DNA of 64,000 bases from assembly GCA_051871535.1 (NCBI GenBank), contig JBJECX010000006.1, positions 9,273-73,272 on the forward strand, in the 5' to 3' direction. The stretch comes from Muribaculaceae bacterium. Lineage in GTDB: Bacteria; Bacteroidota; Bacteroidia; Bacteroidales; Muribaculaceae. Positions 39,001-47,313 of this stretch are shown piece after piece (position 1 is the first letter of the stretch; the number at the start of each line of letters is the position of its first letter). Under the pieces are notes generated by a model, which did no database searches, was not told the origin of the DNA, and saw nothing but the letters and a program-made list of their open reading frames with translations. A program made the position numbers and the translations under genes.

Positions 39001-39510
39001 AGCACCACCGACTGGCGCAAGAGCTATGCTGAAGCCTACGAGACCGAATTCCGCCACGCCCGCGACTGGAACAAGTGCACTGGCGAACAGAACGTGTTCC
39101 GCTATCGTCACCTCGACAGCATGGTGCTCCGCCTATTGCCGGGCGACAGCAACGAATATGCCGAAATGGTGGCTGAAGGCGCACGCCTGTGCGGAACTCC
39201 GCTCACCATCAGCCACGAACCAAGCGACGACCGCTCGGCACTGGCTTTGCCGGGCTGCAAAGTGGTGGCTGAAACAACCGAGCAATTCCTCGCTTCGATG
39301 CCCCGCTACGACCGCGTGCGCATCGTGGTGAGCAAGGACAAGGCGCCACGCGAATTCTACGAACGGGCAGCCGAAACCGACAAGTATATTGCCGCCGGCG
39401 CTCCGCTCAAGTGTGGCCGCGTTGAGCTCATCAACTACATCAAGGAGCAGTCAGTCACCTACGAATACCACCGCTACGGCAGTATTCAGCGTGTGCCCGA
39501 CGTGGAATAA
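36073..39510 (+). CDS. putA: Bifunctional proline dehydrogenase / L-glutamate gamma-semialdehyde dehydrogenase
   Basis: 1145 aa. N-terminal PRODH barrel region and a C-terminal aldehyde dehydrogenase with ETGGKNAMIL and GQKCSACS motifs. Confidence 0.88.
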   Translation: MANPTIKEVKEWMMTLYTESQNQITPAERTEQYKYATMVKKPSDKQFLVKMLDESSQIRNSKILARRIKDLIDQFGVPEFLNTRDRMLFKLYQWIGHYFDFIAVPIIKKRLRSDSSRVILDAARPKLTKHLATRFDQKIGQNVNLLGEVVLGNKEADARYHKYLEALEQPDINYISVKISGIYAQTHSLNYEESFPELVRRMSALYQKAIDFPYVDPDGVKRSKFINLDMEEYKDFHLTIKVFKATLSKPEFLNYEAGIVVQSYLPDAWNFQTELLEFAKERIARGGAPIKMRIVKGCNLDMETITASLRGWANPVLPNKTIVDANYLKLIERGLKPENAKALHIGMASHNLFTISYAYLLTQKLGTPKDCFCFEMLEGMADHVWRAQSKLGNHVILYAPVVKDEDFLYGISYLVRRMDEQTAPENFLTHSFDLKPDTDTWRFLEEQFEEAYKLKDNVTEEPARKQDRNKPYTPVPPTDEMRNEPDTDFDLVPNQEWQAGIFKKWKKSTADKPEIIPLQIGAKTIETESRQKYFDRSQGDAVQVAEMCRAGEKEIAEIIKIADEDPAGWRNTTLEQRHQIMFKAANLLGEMRGDLIGSMCAITGKTVVEGDVEVSEGIDYARFYTTSMKKFAALADVDITAKGTILVISPWNFPCAIPCGGVVAALAGGNTCILKPASVAAPVAWLFAKAFWDAGVPKEALQVVITDRPALKALTTAPEIKHIILTGGTDTAQAITRTAPLTPLSAETGGKNAMILTASGDQDHAIMNACHSAFGNAGQKCSACSLFLVHRSIYNDPKFMAKLKDCAESMKVGSVWNAGNVVGPMITNENDKLKQAFTLEPGEEWLVEPKFIDEKKYILAPTIKIGAKPENFSFRTELFAPLLTVAPFDTLEEAVAMVNSLDYGLTSGLQSLDENEQAYWKEHIVAGNLYINRGITGAIVNRQPFGGMKKSAFGGGVKAGGPNYVACFVNITDKPGSTTDWRKSYAEAYETEFRHARDWNKCTGEQNVFRYRHLDSMVLRLLPGDSNEYAEMVAEGARLCGTPLTISHEPSDDRSALALPGCKVVAETTEQFLASMPRYDRVRIVVSKDKAPREFYERAAETDKYIAAGAPLKCGRVELINYIKEQSVTYEYHRYGSIQRVPDVE

Positions 39511-39578
39511 TCAAAAAGAATCGAACTACATGAACCACGTCGCGACGACGTGAAATCATATTTCTGATTATTTATTCG

Positions 39579-39619
39579 TAGCCCTGCCACAATGTATTGT
39601 CGGCAGGGCTATTTGTTTG
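39579..39619 (+). terminator. Rho-independent terminator after putA
   Basis: TAGCCCTGCC (39579-39588) pairs with GGCAGGGCTA (39602-39611), then TTTGTTTG. Confidence 0.65.
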
Positions 39620-39689
39620 TCAGGCAGCAACGCCTCCGCCAAAAAGCATATTCACCACCCGCGGATTTGCTGAATGCCAAAAGATTGCT

Positions 39690-39697
39690 TATCTTTG
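39690..39697 (+). promoter_or_regulatory. Candidate -7 box TATCTTTG
   Basis: Exact TAnnTTTG match 58 nt upstream of ATG 39756. Confidence 0.4.
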
Positions 39698-39755
39698 CAT
39701 ACCGAAAATTGTTGTATTAACGATATTTTTTCAATTAACAAAACGATAAACTGAC

Positions 39756-40157
39756 ATGAAAAAATTATTCTCAATTGTATTCGGCGCAGCGCTCATGGTT
39801 ATGGGCAGCTGCTCCACACAAAACAACGTGAAGATGGACGGAGAGTGGCTAATCACCAAAGCCTGCGGCGTTAGCACCGTGGGCGGCGACAAGCAAGCCT
39901 CGATTCGATTCGACGGCAAAGGCCAAGTGAACGGCAACGCCAGCGTGAACTCATTCTTCGGTTCTTACACCACCGAAGGCGACTCGCTGAAGTTTGGCAC
40001 CATGGGAATGACCCGAATGATGGGTGGTAGCATGGACATGGAAGATGCCATCACCAAGGCCCTTAACAACACTGCCACCGTGAAGATTGAAAACGACGAA
40101 GCAACCGTTTTCGACCGCGAAGGCAATGCTGTGATGACACTCAAGCGCAAAAAGTGA
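39756..40157 (+). CDS. META domain (HslJ-like) lipoprotein
   Basis: Lipobox VMGSC. DGEWLITK...ASIRFDGKGQVNGNASVNSFFGSYTTEGDSLKFGTMGMTRMMG is the META/DUF306 pattern. Confidence 0.75.
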   Translation: MKKLFSIVFGAALMVMGSCSTQNNVKMDGEWLITKACGVSTVGGDKQASIRFDGKGQVNGNASVNSFFGSYTTEGDSLKFGTMGMTRMMGGSMDMEDAITKALNNTATVKIENDEATVFDREGNAVMTLKRKK

Positions 40158-40316
40158 GCCCGCGGGCTGACAAACGCGAAATCCTGAAAATGTGCCCGGG
40201 AATGTGTGTGTGAATGCAACAATCGAATCATACCACAAGCCCCGAGGCACATCAATTTTTTTTGGCGGAGAAACTGAATTACACTACTTATATCATATAA
40301 AGAAAAACATATATCT

Positions 40317-41420
40317 ATGCCTAACAACGATGTCAAGCGCATTGTGCTCACGGGTGGGCCTTGTGCAGGAAAGACCACGGCACTGGTGAGAGTGATTGAA
40401 CAGTTCAGCAACCTGGGTTACAAGGTGTTCACCCTGCCCGAAGTGCCCACCATGTTCACACAGGCGGGTATGAACTACCTCACCACCAACAAAGACTTCT
40501 TCTTTGAGGGTGAAAAAGCCACACTCGAAATACAGCTTGCCCTCGAGGACAAATTTCAGCGAATGGCTGAAGCATGCACCGAACCCTGCGTGATAATCTG
40601 CGACCGCGGCACACTCGACATCTCGGCATATATGAGCGCCGAGATGTGGGACACCATCACCGGCAGCGTGGGCGTTGACACCGCCAGCCTGCGCAGCCGC
40701 TACGACGCCGTGCTCCACCTGGTGTCGGCTGCCGACGGTGCCGAACAATTCTACACCACCAGCAACAACGCCCAACGCCTCGAAAAAGCCGACGAAGCCG
40801 GACTGAAGATAGCCCGCGAACTCGACAAGAAGGTGATTAAGGCATGGAGCGGACACCCTCACCTGCGCGTAATTAACAACAACGAGGACTTCGACCGCAA
40901 GCTCAACCGCGTGCTCAAAGAAATCTCCAACGTGCTCGGACTGCCGCAACCCATCGAAGAAGAACGCAAATACATTGTTGAACTAATTGGCGAAGTGCCC
41001 GACTGCATCGAGAGCGACATCACCCAGACATATCTGGTTGCCGACCCTGACTGCGAAGTGCGCCTGCGCCGCCGCGGCTGGAACGGAAAATATGTGAACG
41101 TGCACCTCACCAAGAAGAAACTGTCCGACAAAGAGGAACTGGTGACCGAGCGGCAGGTGAGCAACAACCTATATCGCTCGCTGCTGCAGCAAGCCGACCC
41201 TTATCGTAGCACCATAAAAAAGATGCGCAAAAGCTTTATCTGGAAAGGCCAGTTCTTCGAACTCGACACCTACCTAGAGCCGATAAGCAACCTTATGATT
41301 CTCGAAACCAAAGGCATATCGCGCCACGAGGACGTAAAATTCCCGCCATTCATTCGCGTGGTGGAGGACATCACCGGCAACAAGAAATATTACAACTACA
41401 CCCTCGCCCTGCGCAACTGA
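40317..41420 (+). CDS. P-loop NTPase (AAA_28/NadR-kinase-like) fused to a CYTH (triphosphate tunnel) domain
   Basis: Walker A LTGGPCAGKTT at the N-terminus. The C-terminal half starts EERKYIVEL (EXEXK-like CYTH signature). Confidence 0.55.
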   Translation: MPNNDVKRIVLTGGPCAGKTTALVRVIEQFSNLGYKVFTLPEVPTMFTQAGMNYLTTNKDFFFEGEKATLEIQLALEDKFQRMAEACTEPCVIICDRGTLDISAYMSAEMWDTITGSVGVDTASLRSRYDAVLHLVSAADGAEQFYTTSNNAQRLEKADEAGLKIARELDKKVIKAWSGHPHLRVINNNEDFDRKLNRVLKEISNVLGLPQPIEEERKYIVELIGEVPDCIESDITQTYLVADPDCEVRLRRRGWNGKYVNVHLTKKKLSDKEELVTERQVSNNLYRSLLQQADPYRSTIKKMRKSFIWKGQFFELDTYLEPISNLMILETKGISRHEDVKFPPFIRVVEDITGNKKYYNYTLALRN

Positions 41421-41658
41421 TGCGCACCCCACGGCAAGGGCCGATAAACCTAATCGACGGCTGCTTAGAGCGGAATAGTGTTGATATTCCGCTCGGCATT
41501 GCCAACGCATACATCGGCGTAGTAGCGCAATTTCCCCAAAATCGCCACCGACTATTAATCTACACACCATTTTTTCGCCATATTACATACACAGTTTTGC
41601 CCGAGTTGAGGCAGGCTGCGTAGTGCGTTTTTTGTTTGGCATAGACAGCAGATTTTTG

Positions 41659-41666
41659 TAAATTTG
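41659..41666 (+). promoter_or_regulatory. Candidate -7 box TAAATTTG
   Basis: TAnnTTTG match 29 nt upstream of ATG 41695. Confidence 0.4.
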
Positions 41667-41694
41667 CCGGAGTTTTCTTAAAAGCATTATCGTT

Positions 41695-42987
41695 ATGGAA
41701 AGAAGTGAAACACCTGTGTTGCTGCTCACAGGCTATCTGGGCAGCGGAAAAACTACTTTGGTAAACCGCATACTGAACAACAAGCGCGGCATTAAGTTTG
41801 CCGTAATCGTCAACGACATCGGCGAAGTGAACATCGATGCGTCGCTGATTGAAAAAGGCGGCATCGTGGGCAAGAAGGACGACAGCCTTGTGGCACTGCA
41901 AAACGGCTGCATCTGCTGCACGCTCAAGATGGACCTTATCGAACAACTTCACGACATCACCCGCACTCACCGTTTCGACTATATCGTAATTGAAGCCAGC
42001 GGCATCTGCGAACCGGTGCCTATTGCACAAACCATCTGCTCGATGCCGCAGATGGGCGCCGAGTATATGCTCGACGGGCTTGCGCGACTCGACTGCATCT
42101 GCGCCGTGGTTGATGCCCTGCGCCTGAAGGACGAGTTTGGCTGCGGCGGTGCGCTACTGAGCGCCGACATCGACGAGGAAGATATCGAAAACCTTGTGAT
42201 TCAGCAGATTGAATTCTGCAATATTGTGCTGCTCAACAAGGCTTCGATGGTTGAACCGAGCGAACTGGCACGCGTGAAGCAAATCATACGCACACTTCAG
42301 CCCAAAGCCGAAATTGTGGAGTGTGACTATTGCGATGTTGAACTCGACAAGATTCTGAATACCGGCATGTTCGACTTCGACAAGGTTGCCACATCTGCCG
42401 CATGGATTAGAGAAATGGAAAACATCGAAGACGAAGACGACGATGATGACCACGACGAGCACGAGCATCACCACCACGATGACGACGACCACGACGAGCA
42501 TGAGCACCACCACCACGATGACGACGACGAGCATCATCACCACCACGATGATGACGAGCACGAGCATCATCACCACCATCATCACCACCACCATCACGGC
42601 GAGGGCGAGGTGGAGGAATACGGCATAGGCACATTTGTCTACAAGGCACGCCGCCCGTTCGACCTCAACCGCTTCGACTATTTTGTGGCACGCAACTGGC
42701 CCAAAGGCATCATCCGCGCCAAAGGAATATGCTACTTCAAGAGCGAATCGGAAATATGCTACCTGTTTGAACAGGCAGGCAAGCAAGTGAGCCTCAACAA
42801 TGCCGGTCAATGGTATGCTACCATGCCCGACGACGAGTTGCAGGAGTTGCTTATGCGCGACGAAAGCCTGCGCCGCGACTGGGTGGACCCCTACGGCGAC
42901 CGCCAGCAAAAACTGGTGTTCATAGGCCAGCACCTCGACCGCGAAGCCATCACTCAAGTGCTGAACGATTGCCTGGTGGATTTCTGA
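41695..42987 (+). CDS. COG0523/CobW-family G3E GTPase metallochaperone with a His/Asp-rich insert
   Basis: Walker A GYLGSGKTTL, CxCC motif GCICCTL, a ~57 aa D/E/H tract, and a CobW_C-like tail. Confidence 0.85.
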   Translation: MERSETPVLLLTGYLGSGKTTLVNRILNNKRGIKFAVIVNDIGEVNIDASLIEKGGIVGKKDDSLVALQNGCICCTLKMDLIEQLHDITRTHRFDYIVIEASGICEPVPIAQTICSMPQMGAEYMLDGLARLDCICAVVDALRLKDEFGCGGALLSADIDEEDIENLVIQQIEFCNIVLLNKASMVEPSELARVKQIIRTLQPKAEIVECDYCDVELDKILNTGMFDFDKVATSAAWIREMENIEDEDDDDDHDEHEHHHHDDDDHDEHEHHHHDDDDEHHHHHDDDEHEHHHHHHHHHHHGEGEVEEYGIGTFVYKARRPFDLNRFDYFVARNWPKGIIRAKGICYFKSESEICYLFEQAGKQVSLNNAGQWYATMPDDELQELLMRDESLRRDWVDPYGDRQQKLVFIGQHLDREAITQVLNDCLVDF

Positions 42988-43011
42988 TATTTTAGTGCAA
43001 CACCATAGCTG

Positions 43012-43101
43012 CAAGAGGCTGTGTCGGGATGGATATTACCAACAATGTTGCCTGAAGGGCGCCAAATCAGGATAATTCCATAATTACGACACAGCCTCTT
43101 G
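43012..43101 (+). terminator. Long-range 15 bp inverted repeat followed by a T-run (terminator-like structured element)
   Basis: CAAGAGGCTGTGTCG (43012-43026) pairs with CGACACAGCCTCTTG (43087-43101) across a 60 nt loop, then TTTTCCC. Confidence 0.4.
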
Positions 43102-43190
43102 TTTTCCCATGCACATAACGAAACAAGAGTAAGATTTGCCAAAAGCCCGCACTCTCTCACATTTCTTTAGGAATTGACCAACAAATTCAT

Positions 43191-43198
43191 TAAATTTG
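43191..43198 (+). promoter_or_regulatory. Candidate -7 box TAAATTTG
   Basis: TAnnTTTG match 54 nt upstream of ATG 43252. Confidence 0.35.
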
Positions 43199-43251
43199 CA
43201 ATATGCAAAAACATAATGTATAATAAACCCCTAAACCTCGAAGAATTGTTA

Positions 43252-44757
43252 ATGAAATCGTCAATCCTATCAATTGCTGCAGCGGCATGTTTGCTGCTAT
43301 GCTGCTCCGAAGCCCAAGCCGGGAATCCTAAGCGCGAATTTCGCGGTGCGTGGATGCACACCGTTGGTCAAATGCAATATTCGCGCATGACCACCCAACA
43401 GAATCAAGCCTACCTGCGCCGTCAGCTCGACTCGCTGCAAATGGCTGGCATAAACGCCATTGTGTGGCAAGTAAGGCCCAAAGCCGACGCCTTCTACCAG
43501 TCGAATTTAGAGCCTTGGAGCGTGTATCTCACCGGCGAATTCGGCAAACGCCCTGAGCCATTCTGGGACCCTCTGCAATTTATGATTGAGGAGTGCCACA
43601 AGCGAGGCATGGAGCTGCACGCATGGCTCAACCCCTATCGCGTGACCAACACCAAGGGCGAAACCAAGAAACTGTCGAAGGACCACATCTATCACGCCCA
43701 TCCCGAATGGTTTGTGAGCTATGGCGGTCAGACCTATTTCGAGCCAGGGTTGCCCCAGTGCCGCGAATTCATATGCAACGTGGTGCGCGACATTGTCAGC
43801 CGCTACGACATTGACGCCATTCACATGGACGACTATTTCTACCCCTACCCCACCAAGGACGAGTTCCCCGACAGCAAGAGCTACGCCCGCTACGGTGGCG
43901 GCATGAGCCGTGGCGACTGGCGCCGCCAGAACGTGGACTTGCTCATCGAGGGGCTGCACAAGGTGATTCTCGACGAGAAGCCTTGGGTGCGCTTCGGCAT
44001 CAGTCCGTTTGGCGTATGGCGCAACCTCACCAGCGACCCGCGAGGCAGCCAAACAAATGCGCTGCAGTGCTACGATGCCTTGTATGCCGACGTGCTCAAG
44101 TGGACCGAACTGGGATGGGTTGACTATATGGTGCCGCAACTCTATTGGGAACTCGACCACAAACGCGCCCCGAGCCGCGTGCTCAACCCCTGGTGGAACG
44201 ATAATGCCAACGGGCGCCACATGTACATCGGTCAATCGGTGGAAACAACCATGAAAACCGCCGACCCCGACAGCGAAAACCCCACCGAACTCGACCACAA
44301 GATTCGCCTCACCCGCCAATTGCCTAACATACAAGGCAACTGCTGGTGGCCCGGCTACTCAATCACCCGCAACAGCCACGGCGTGTGCGACTCGCTTGCC
44401 ACTCACCAGCAATCGACTATTGCGCTGGTGCCTGCCTACACCTGGCTCGACAACATCGCCCCCGACGAGGTGAGCAACCTGAAGCTGCAAAACAAGCGCG
44501 GCACCAAGTCGCTCACTTGGCGAGCACCCGAAACCACCGACCCGATGCAGGTGGCTAAGGCGTTTGTAATATACCGCTTTGCACAAGGCGAGGATATCGA
44601 CCTCGACAATGCCGCCGCCATACAGGCTGTAACGCCATATGCCGAATACGTCATTCCTGCCGACACGCCTCGCGGCACCTACCGATTTGTAGTGACCACG
44701 CTCGACCGCGTGAACAACGAAAGCCCCGAAGGCAAATCGCTGACGGTGAAGATTTGA
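43252..44757 (+). CDS. Glycoside hydrolase-like GHL10 (DUF187/YngK-like) secreted protein
   Basis: Signal peptide from ATG 43252. REFRGAWMHTV..., NAIVWQVRP.ADAFY and ELHAWLNPYR motifs are typical of GHL10. Confidence 0.7.
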   Translation: MKSSILSIAAAACLLLCCSEAQAGNPKREFRGAWMHTVGQMQYSRMTTQQNQAYLRRQLDSLQMAGINAIVWQVRPKADAFYQSNLEPWSVYLTGEFGKRPEPFWDPLQFMIEECHKRGMELHAWLNPYRVTNTKGETKKLSKDHIYHAHPEWFVSYGGQTYFEPGLPQCREFICNVVRDIVSRYDIDAIHMDDYFYPYPTKDEFPDSKSYARYGGGMSRGDWRRQNVDLLIEGLHKVILDEKPWVRFGISPFGVWRNLTSDPRGSQTNALQCYDALYADVLKWTELGWVDYMVPQLYWELDHKRAPSRVLNPWWNDNANGRHMYIGQSVETTMKTADPDSENPTELDHKIRLTRQLPNIQGNCWWPGYSITRNSHGVCDSLATHQQSTIALVPAYTWLDNIAPDEVSNLKLQNKRGTKSLTWRAPETTDPMQVAKAFVIYRFAQGEDIDLDNAAAIQAVTPYAEYVIPADTPRGTYRFVVTTLDRVNNESPEGKSLTVKI

Positions 44758-44778
44758 ATCACTCATTACACCGAATCA

Positions 44779-45300
44779 ATGCAAATCAACGACGAAATAT
44801 TCCGACGTGCCACAGCGGCCGACACCGACCGCTGCTGGCTGATTTTGCAGCAAGGCAAGGCGCAGATGTTCCGCGAAGGCAAACATCAGTGGACCGAAGC
44901 CTATCCCTCGCGCCAAAGCGTGGAGAACGACATTGCCGCCGGCAACGCCTACGTGATTGAGCAACAGGGCACGGTGATTGCCTACGGTGCCGTGATTGCC
45001 AACGGCGAACCTGCCTACCGGCAGATTGCCGACCTGTGGCTCACCAATGCCGACTATGTGGTGGTGCATAGGCTTGCCGTTGCCGACGAAGCCAAACGCC
45101 GCGGCGTGGCGGCGCGTTTCTTCGGCTATGCCGAGCAATGGGCACTGCAGCGCGGCATAACCAGCTTTAAGGTCGACACCAACTACGACAACTTCTATAT
45201 GCAGCGTCTGCTGCGCAGCCAAGGCTTTATGTATTGCGGCGACGTCCACTATCCCCAAGGCGACCGCATGGCATACGAGAAAGTGCTGATGCAAGATTAA
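44779..45300 (+). CDS. GNAT family N-acetyltransferase
   Basis: 173 aa; VVHRLAVADEAKRRGVAARFF acetyl-CoA binding motif. Confidence 0.7.
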   Translation: MQINDEIFRRATAADTDRCWLILQQGKAQMFREGKHQWTEAYPSRQSVENDIAAGNAYVIEQQGTVIAYGAVIANGEPAYRQIADLWLTNADYVVVHRLAVADEAKRRGVAARFFGYAEQWALQRGITSFKVDTNYDNFYMQRLLRSQGFMYCGDVHYPQGDRMAYEKVLMQD

Positions 45301-45377
45301 GTTAAGTACTGCCGAGTTTGTGTGAAAAAGAGTGGGGAAAAGAGGCTCTATTATTTTGTATTTCAAAACTTTATTTA

Positions 45378-45385
45378 TACATTTG
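45378..45385 (+). promoter_or_regulatory. Candidate -7 box TACATTTG
   Basis: TAnnTTTG match ~150 nt upstream of ATG 45539. Confidence 0.3.
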
Positions 45386-45538
45386 CATCATAGCTGCTAA
45401 TGTAGGCCTACACGCAGCACGTTGCCAAAGATATACCCGGCGGCACTGCTCTATGTTTGCACTATATGTTTGCTTTCGATAATAGTATGTAAATAAAAAT
45501 ATCAGATTAGTAAAAACATCTTAAAACCCCATCGCACT

Positions 45539-46066
45539 ATGACACCCACATTAATCATCATCATTGCTGCTGCAGCCATTTTGTTGGTTCTGCTTTTCAT
45601 GTATTTCACCTACAACAACAAGGAAATATACTTGCGCAAAGAGGCAGATGCCCAACGTAAAAAGATTGAGAGCACCCACGACAAAATGTGGAAAGTGATT
45701 AAGCAAAAAGCCGAGGTGAGCGAACAATATCGCGAGGCATTCGAACGCATATACCCCGAATTAATTGCCGGTCGCTACAGCGAAGGCTCGTCGGCAATGA
45801 AGTGGATTCAAGAAGCCAACCCCGACTTCGACACATCGCTCTACAACGACCTGATGCAAGCCATCGAGATTCAGCGCACGCATCTGCACAATGCGCAATC
45901 GCGCATGCTCGACGTGATTCGCGAACGTGCTTCACTCATCGAGAGCTATCCTTCGCGCTGGTTCATCACCAACAAGAGCGAGATTGAATATGAACTGATT
46001 TCGTCGACCAACACCCGTGAGGCAGTAGCCACCCACACCGACGACAACATAGATTTGTTCAAATAA
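45539..46066 (+). CDS. LemA-like single-pass membrane protein
   Basis: N-terminal TM followed by helical repeats. ...QRTHLHNAQSRMLDVIRERASLIESYPSRWFI parallels the LemA C-terminal motif. The match is weak. Confidence 0.4.
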   Translation: MTPTLIIIIAAAAILLVLLFMYFTYNNKEIYLRKEADAQRKKIESTHDKMWKVIKQKAEVSEQYREAFERIYPELIAGRYSEGSSAMKWIQEANPDFDTSLYNDLMQAIEIQRTHLHNAQSRMLDVIRERASLIESYPSRWFITNKSEIEYELISSTNTREAVATHTDDNIDLFK

Positions 46067-46140
46067 TCGCAGTTCAATACGTTTAGCCACCTTGCATGCC
46101 CGGCAAGCACTGCGGGCGGATGCTTTACTCTCACCCACCG

Positions 46141-47295
46141 ATGGCAGCCATTACCTACATATTCATCATTCTGGTGTTCGCCACCATGTGTTATTTCAAC
46201 AACGACAGCGAGCACCTCACCAGCTGTGCAGTTTTATTTGGCATTGTGATGGCGCTCACCGGCCTTGTGCACTATCTGATGCTACGCCATAGGCGTACTG
46301 CCATCGAGTATCTTGGCGGGATAATCGACACCATCACCCACTACGATTCGTGGACCGAGGTGCAGTTATACACCGTAAACGTGCCGGACGGCAAAGACTC
46401 CAACGGACATACCACCTACCGCACCGAAACGCGCGTGCGCTACATCCATCACCCCGACGAATGGTGGTTCCGCACCAGCGTAGGCACCAGGCACGAAATA
46501 TCGCATGCTACATACAATATAATAGCCGCCACATGGAACACCCCGATGTACAATTTCAGCATCACAGGCAGTGCTATTAGCGGCGGCGAACGCTACGGCG
46601 ACGAGTACTATTTCAACGACGTGATTAGGCGCGAAGGCGGCAATTGCAATCCCCTCTACAACCAGGCGCTGACAAGATATATGTTCACCATCACCGAGCC
46701 GCACACCTACGAGAACAAGGTGCAAAACTCCAACTCGATTTTCCGCTTCGAAAAAATAACCGACGACGAAGCCCAAGAGCTGGGGCTGCATCCTTATCCC
46801 GCAATAAACAATTTCGACCAATCGCCCATTTTGGGCAAAAGCATCGACATCAACACCGAGCAGCTAATCAGGGCATTCAATGCCTTTTATGGCCAGGTCT
46901 GCCAAATCAGATTGTATGTGCATCTGTTCGATGCTTCGCAAGGCATCGTAACAGCCGAGAAACAACAAGCCTATTGGAAAGGCGGCAACAAAAACGAGTT
47001 CTCGGTATGCTTGGGGCTCGACGGCAACACCGTGAAGTGGTGCTACACATTCAGCTGGATGGACGAACCCACGCTGGGCGTTATGACCGAGGACTATTTT
47101 CGCCACCATCCCGAGCTCGACCTGAAGTTATTTGTGCAATGGCTTGCCGCCAACATCAATCATTGGAAACGCAAAGAGTTTGCCGACTTCCACTATCTGC
47201 GCGTGCAACTGACACCGGCTCAAACCGCGCTGCTGCTTGCTACCAGCGCCGCCCTATGCGCCGGCGCCGTCTACATTCTTCTCGAAACGATTTAG
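46141..47295 (+). CDS. Hypothetical membrane protein (2 N-terminal TM + 1 C-terminal TM)
   Basis: Start moved to ATG 46141. ~300 aa soluble region between the TM segments. No family recognised. Confidence 0.5.
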   Translation: MAAITYIFIILVFATMCYFNNDSEHLTSCAVLFGIVMALTGLVHYLMLRHRRTAIEYLGGIIDTITHYDSWTEVQLYTVNVPDGKDSNGHTTYRTETRVRYIHHPDEWWFRTSVGTRHEISHATYNIIAATWNTPMYNFSITGSAISGGERYGDEYYFNDVIRREGGNCNPLYNQALTRYMFTITEPHTYENKVQNSNSIFRFEKITDDEAQELGLHPYPAINNFDQSPILGKSIDINTEQLIRAFNAFYGQVCQIRLYVHLFDASQGIVTAEKQQAYWKGGNKNEFSVCLGLDGNTVKWCYTFSWMDEPTLGVMTEDYFRHHPELDLKLFVQWLAANINHWKRKEFADFHYLRVQLTPAQTALLLATSAALCAGAVYILLETI

Positions 47296-47313
47296 GCTAA
47301 TACTACGGCGTGC

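Noticed and set aside
42154-43014. 286 aa minus-strand ORF with a V/M-rich repeat.
   Set aside because: It is the mirror image of the His/Asp tract of the COG0523 gene and is not an independent gene.
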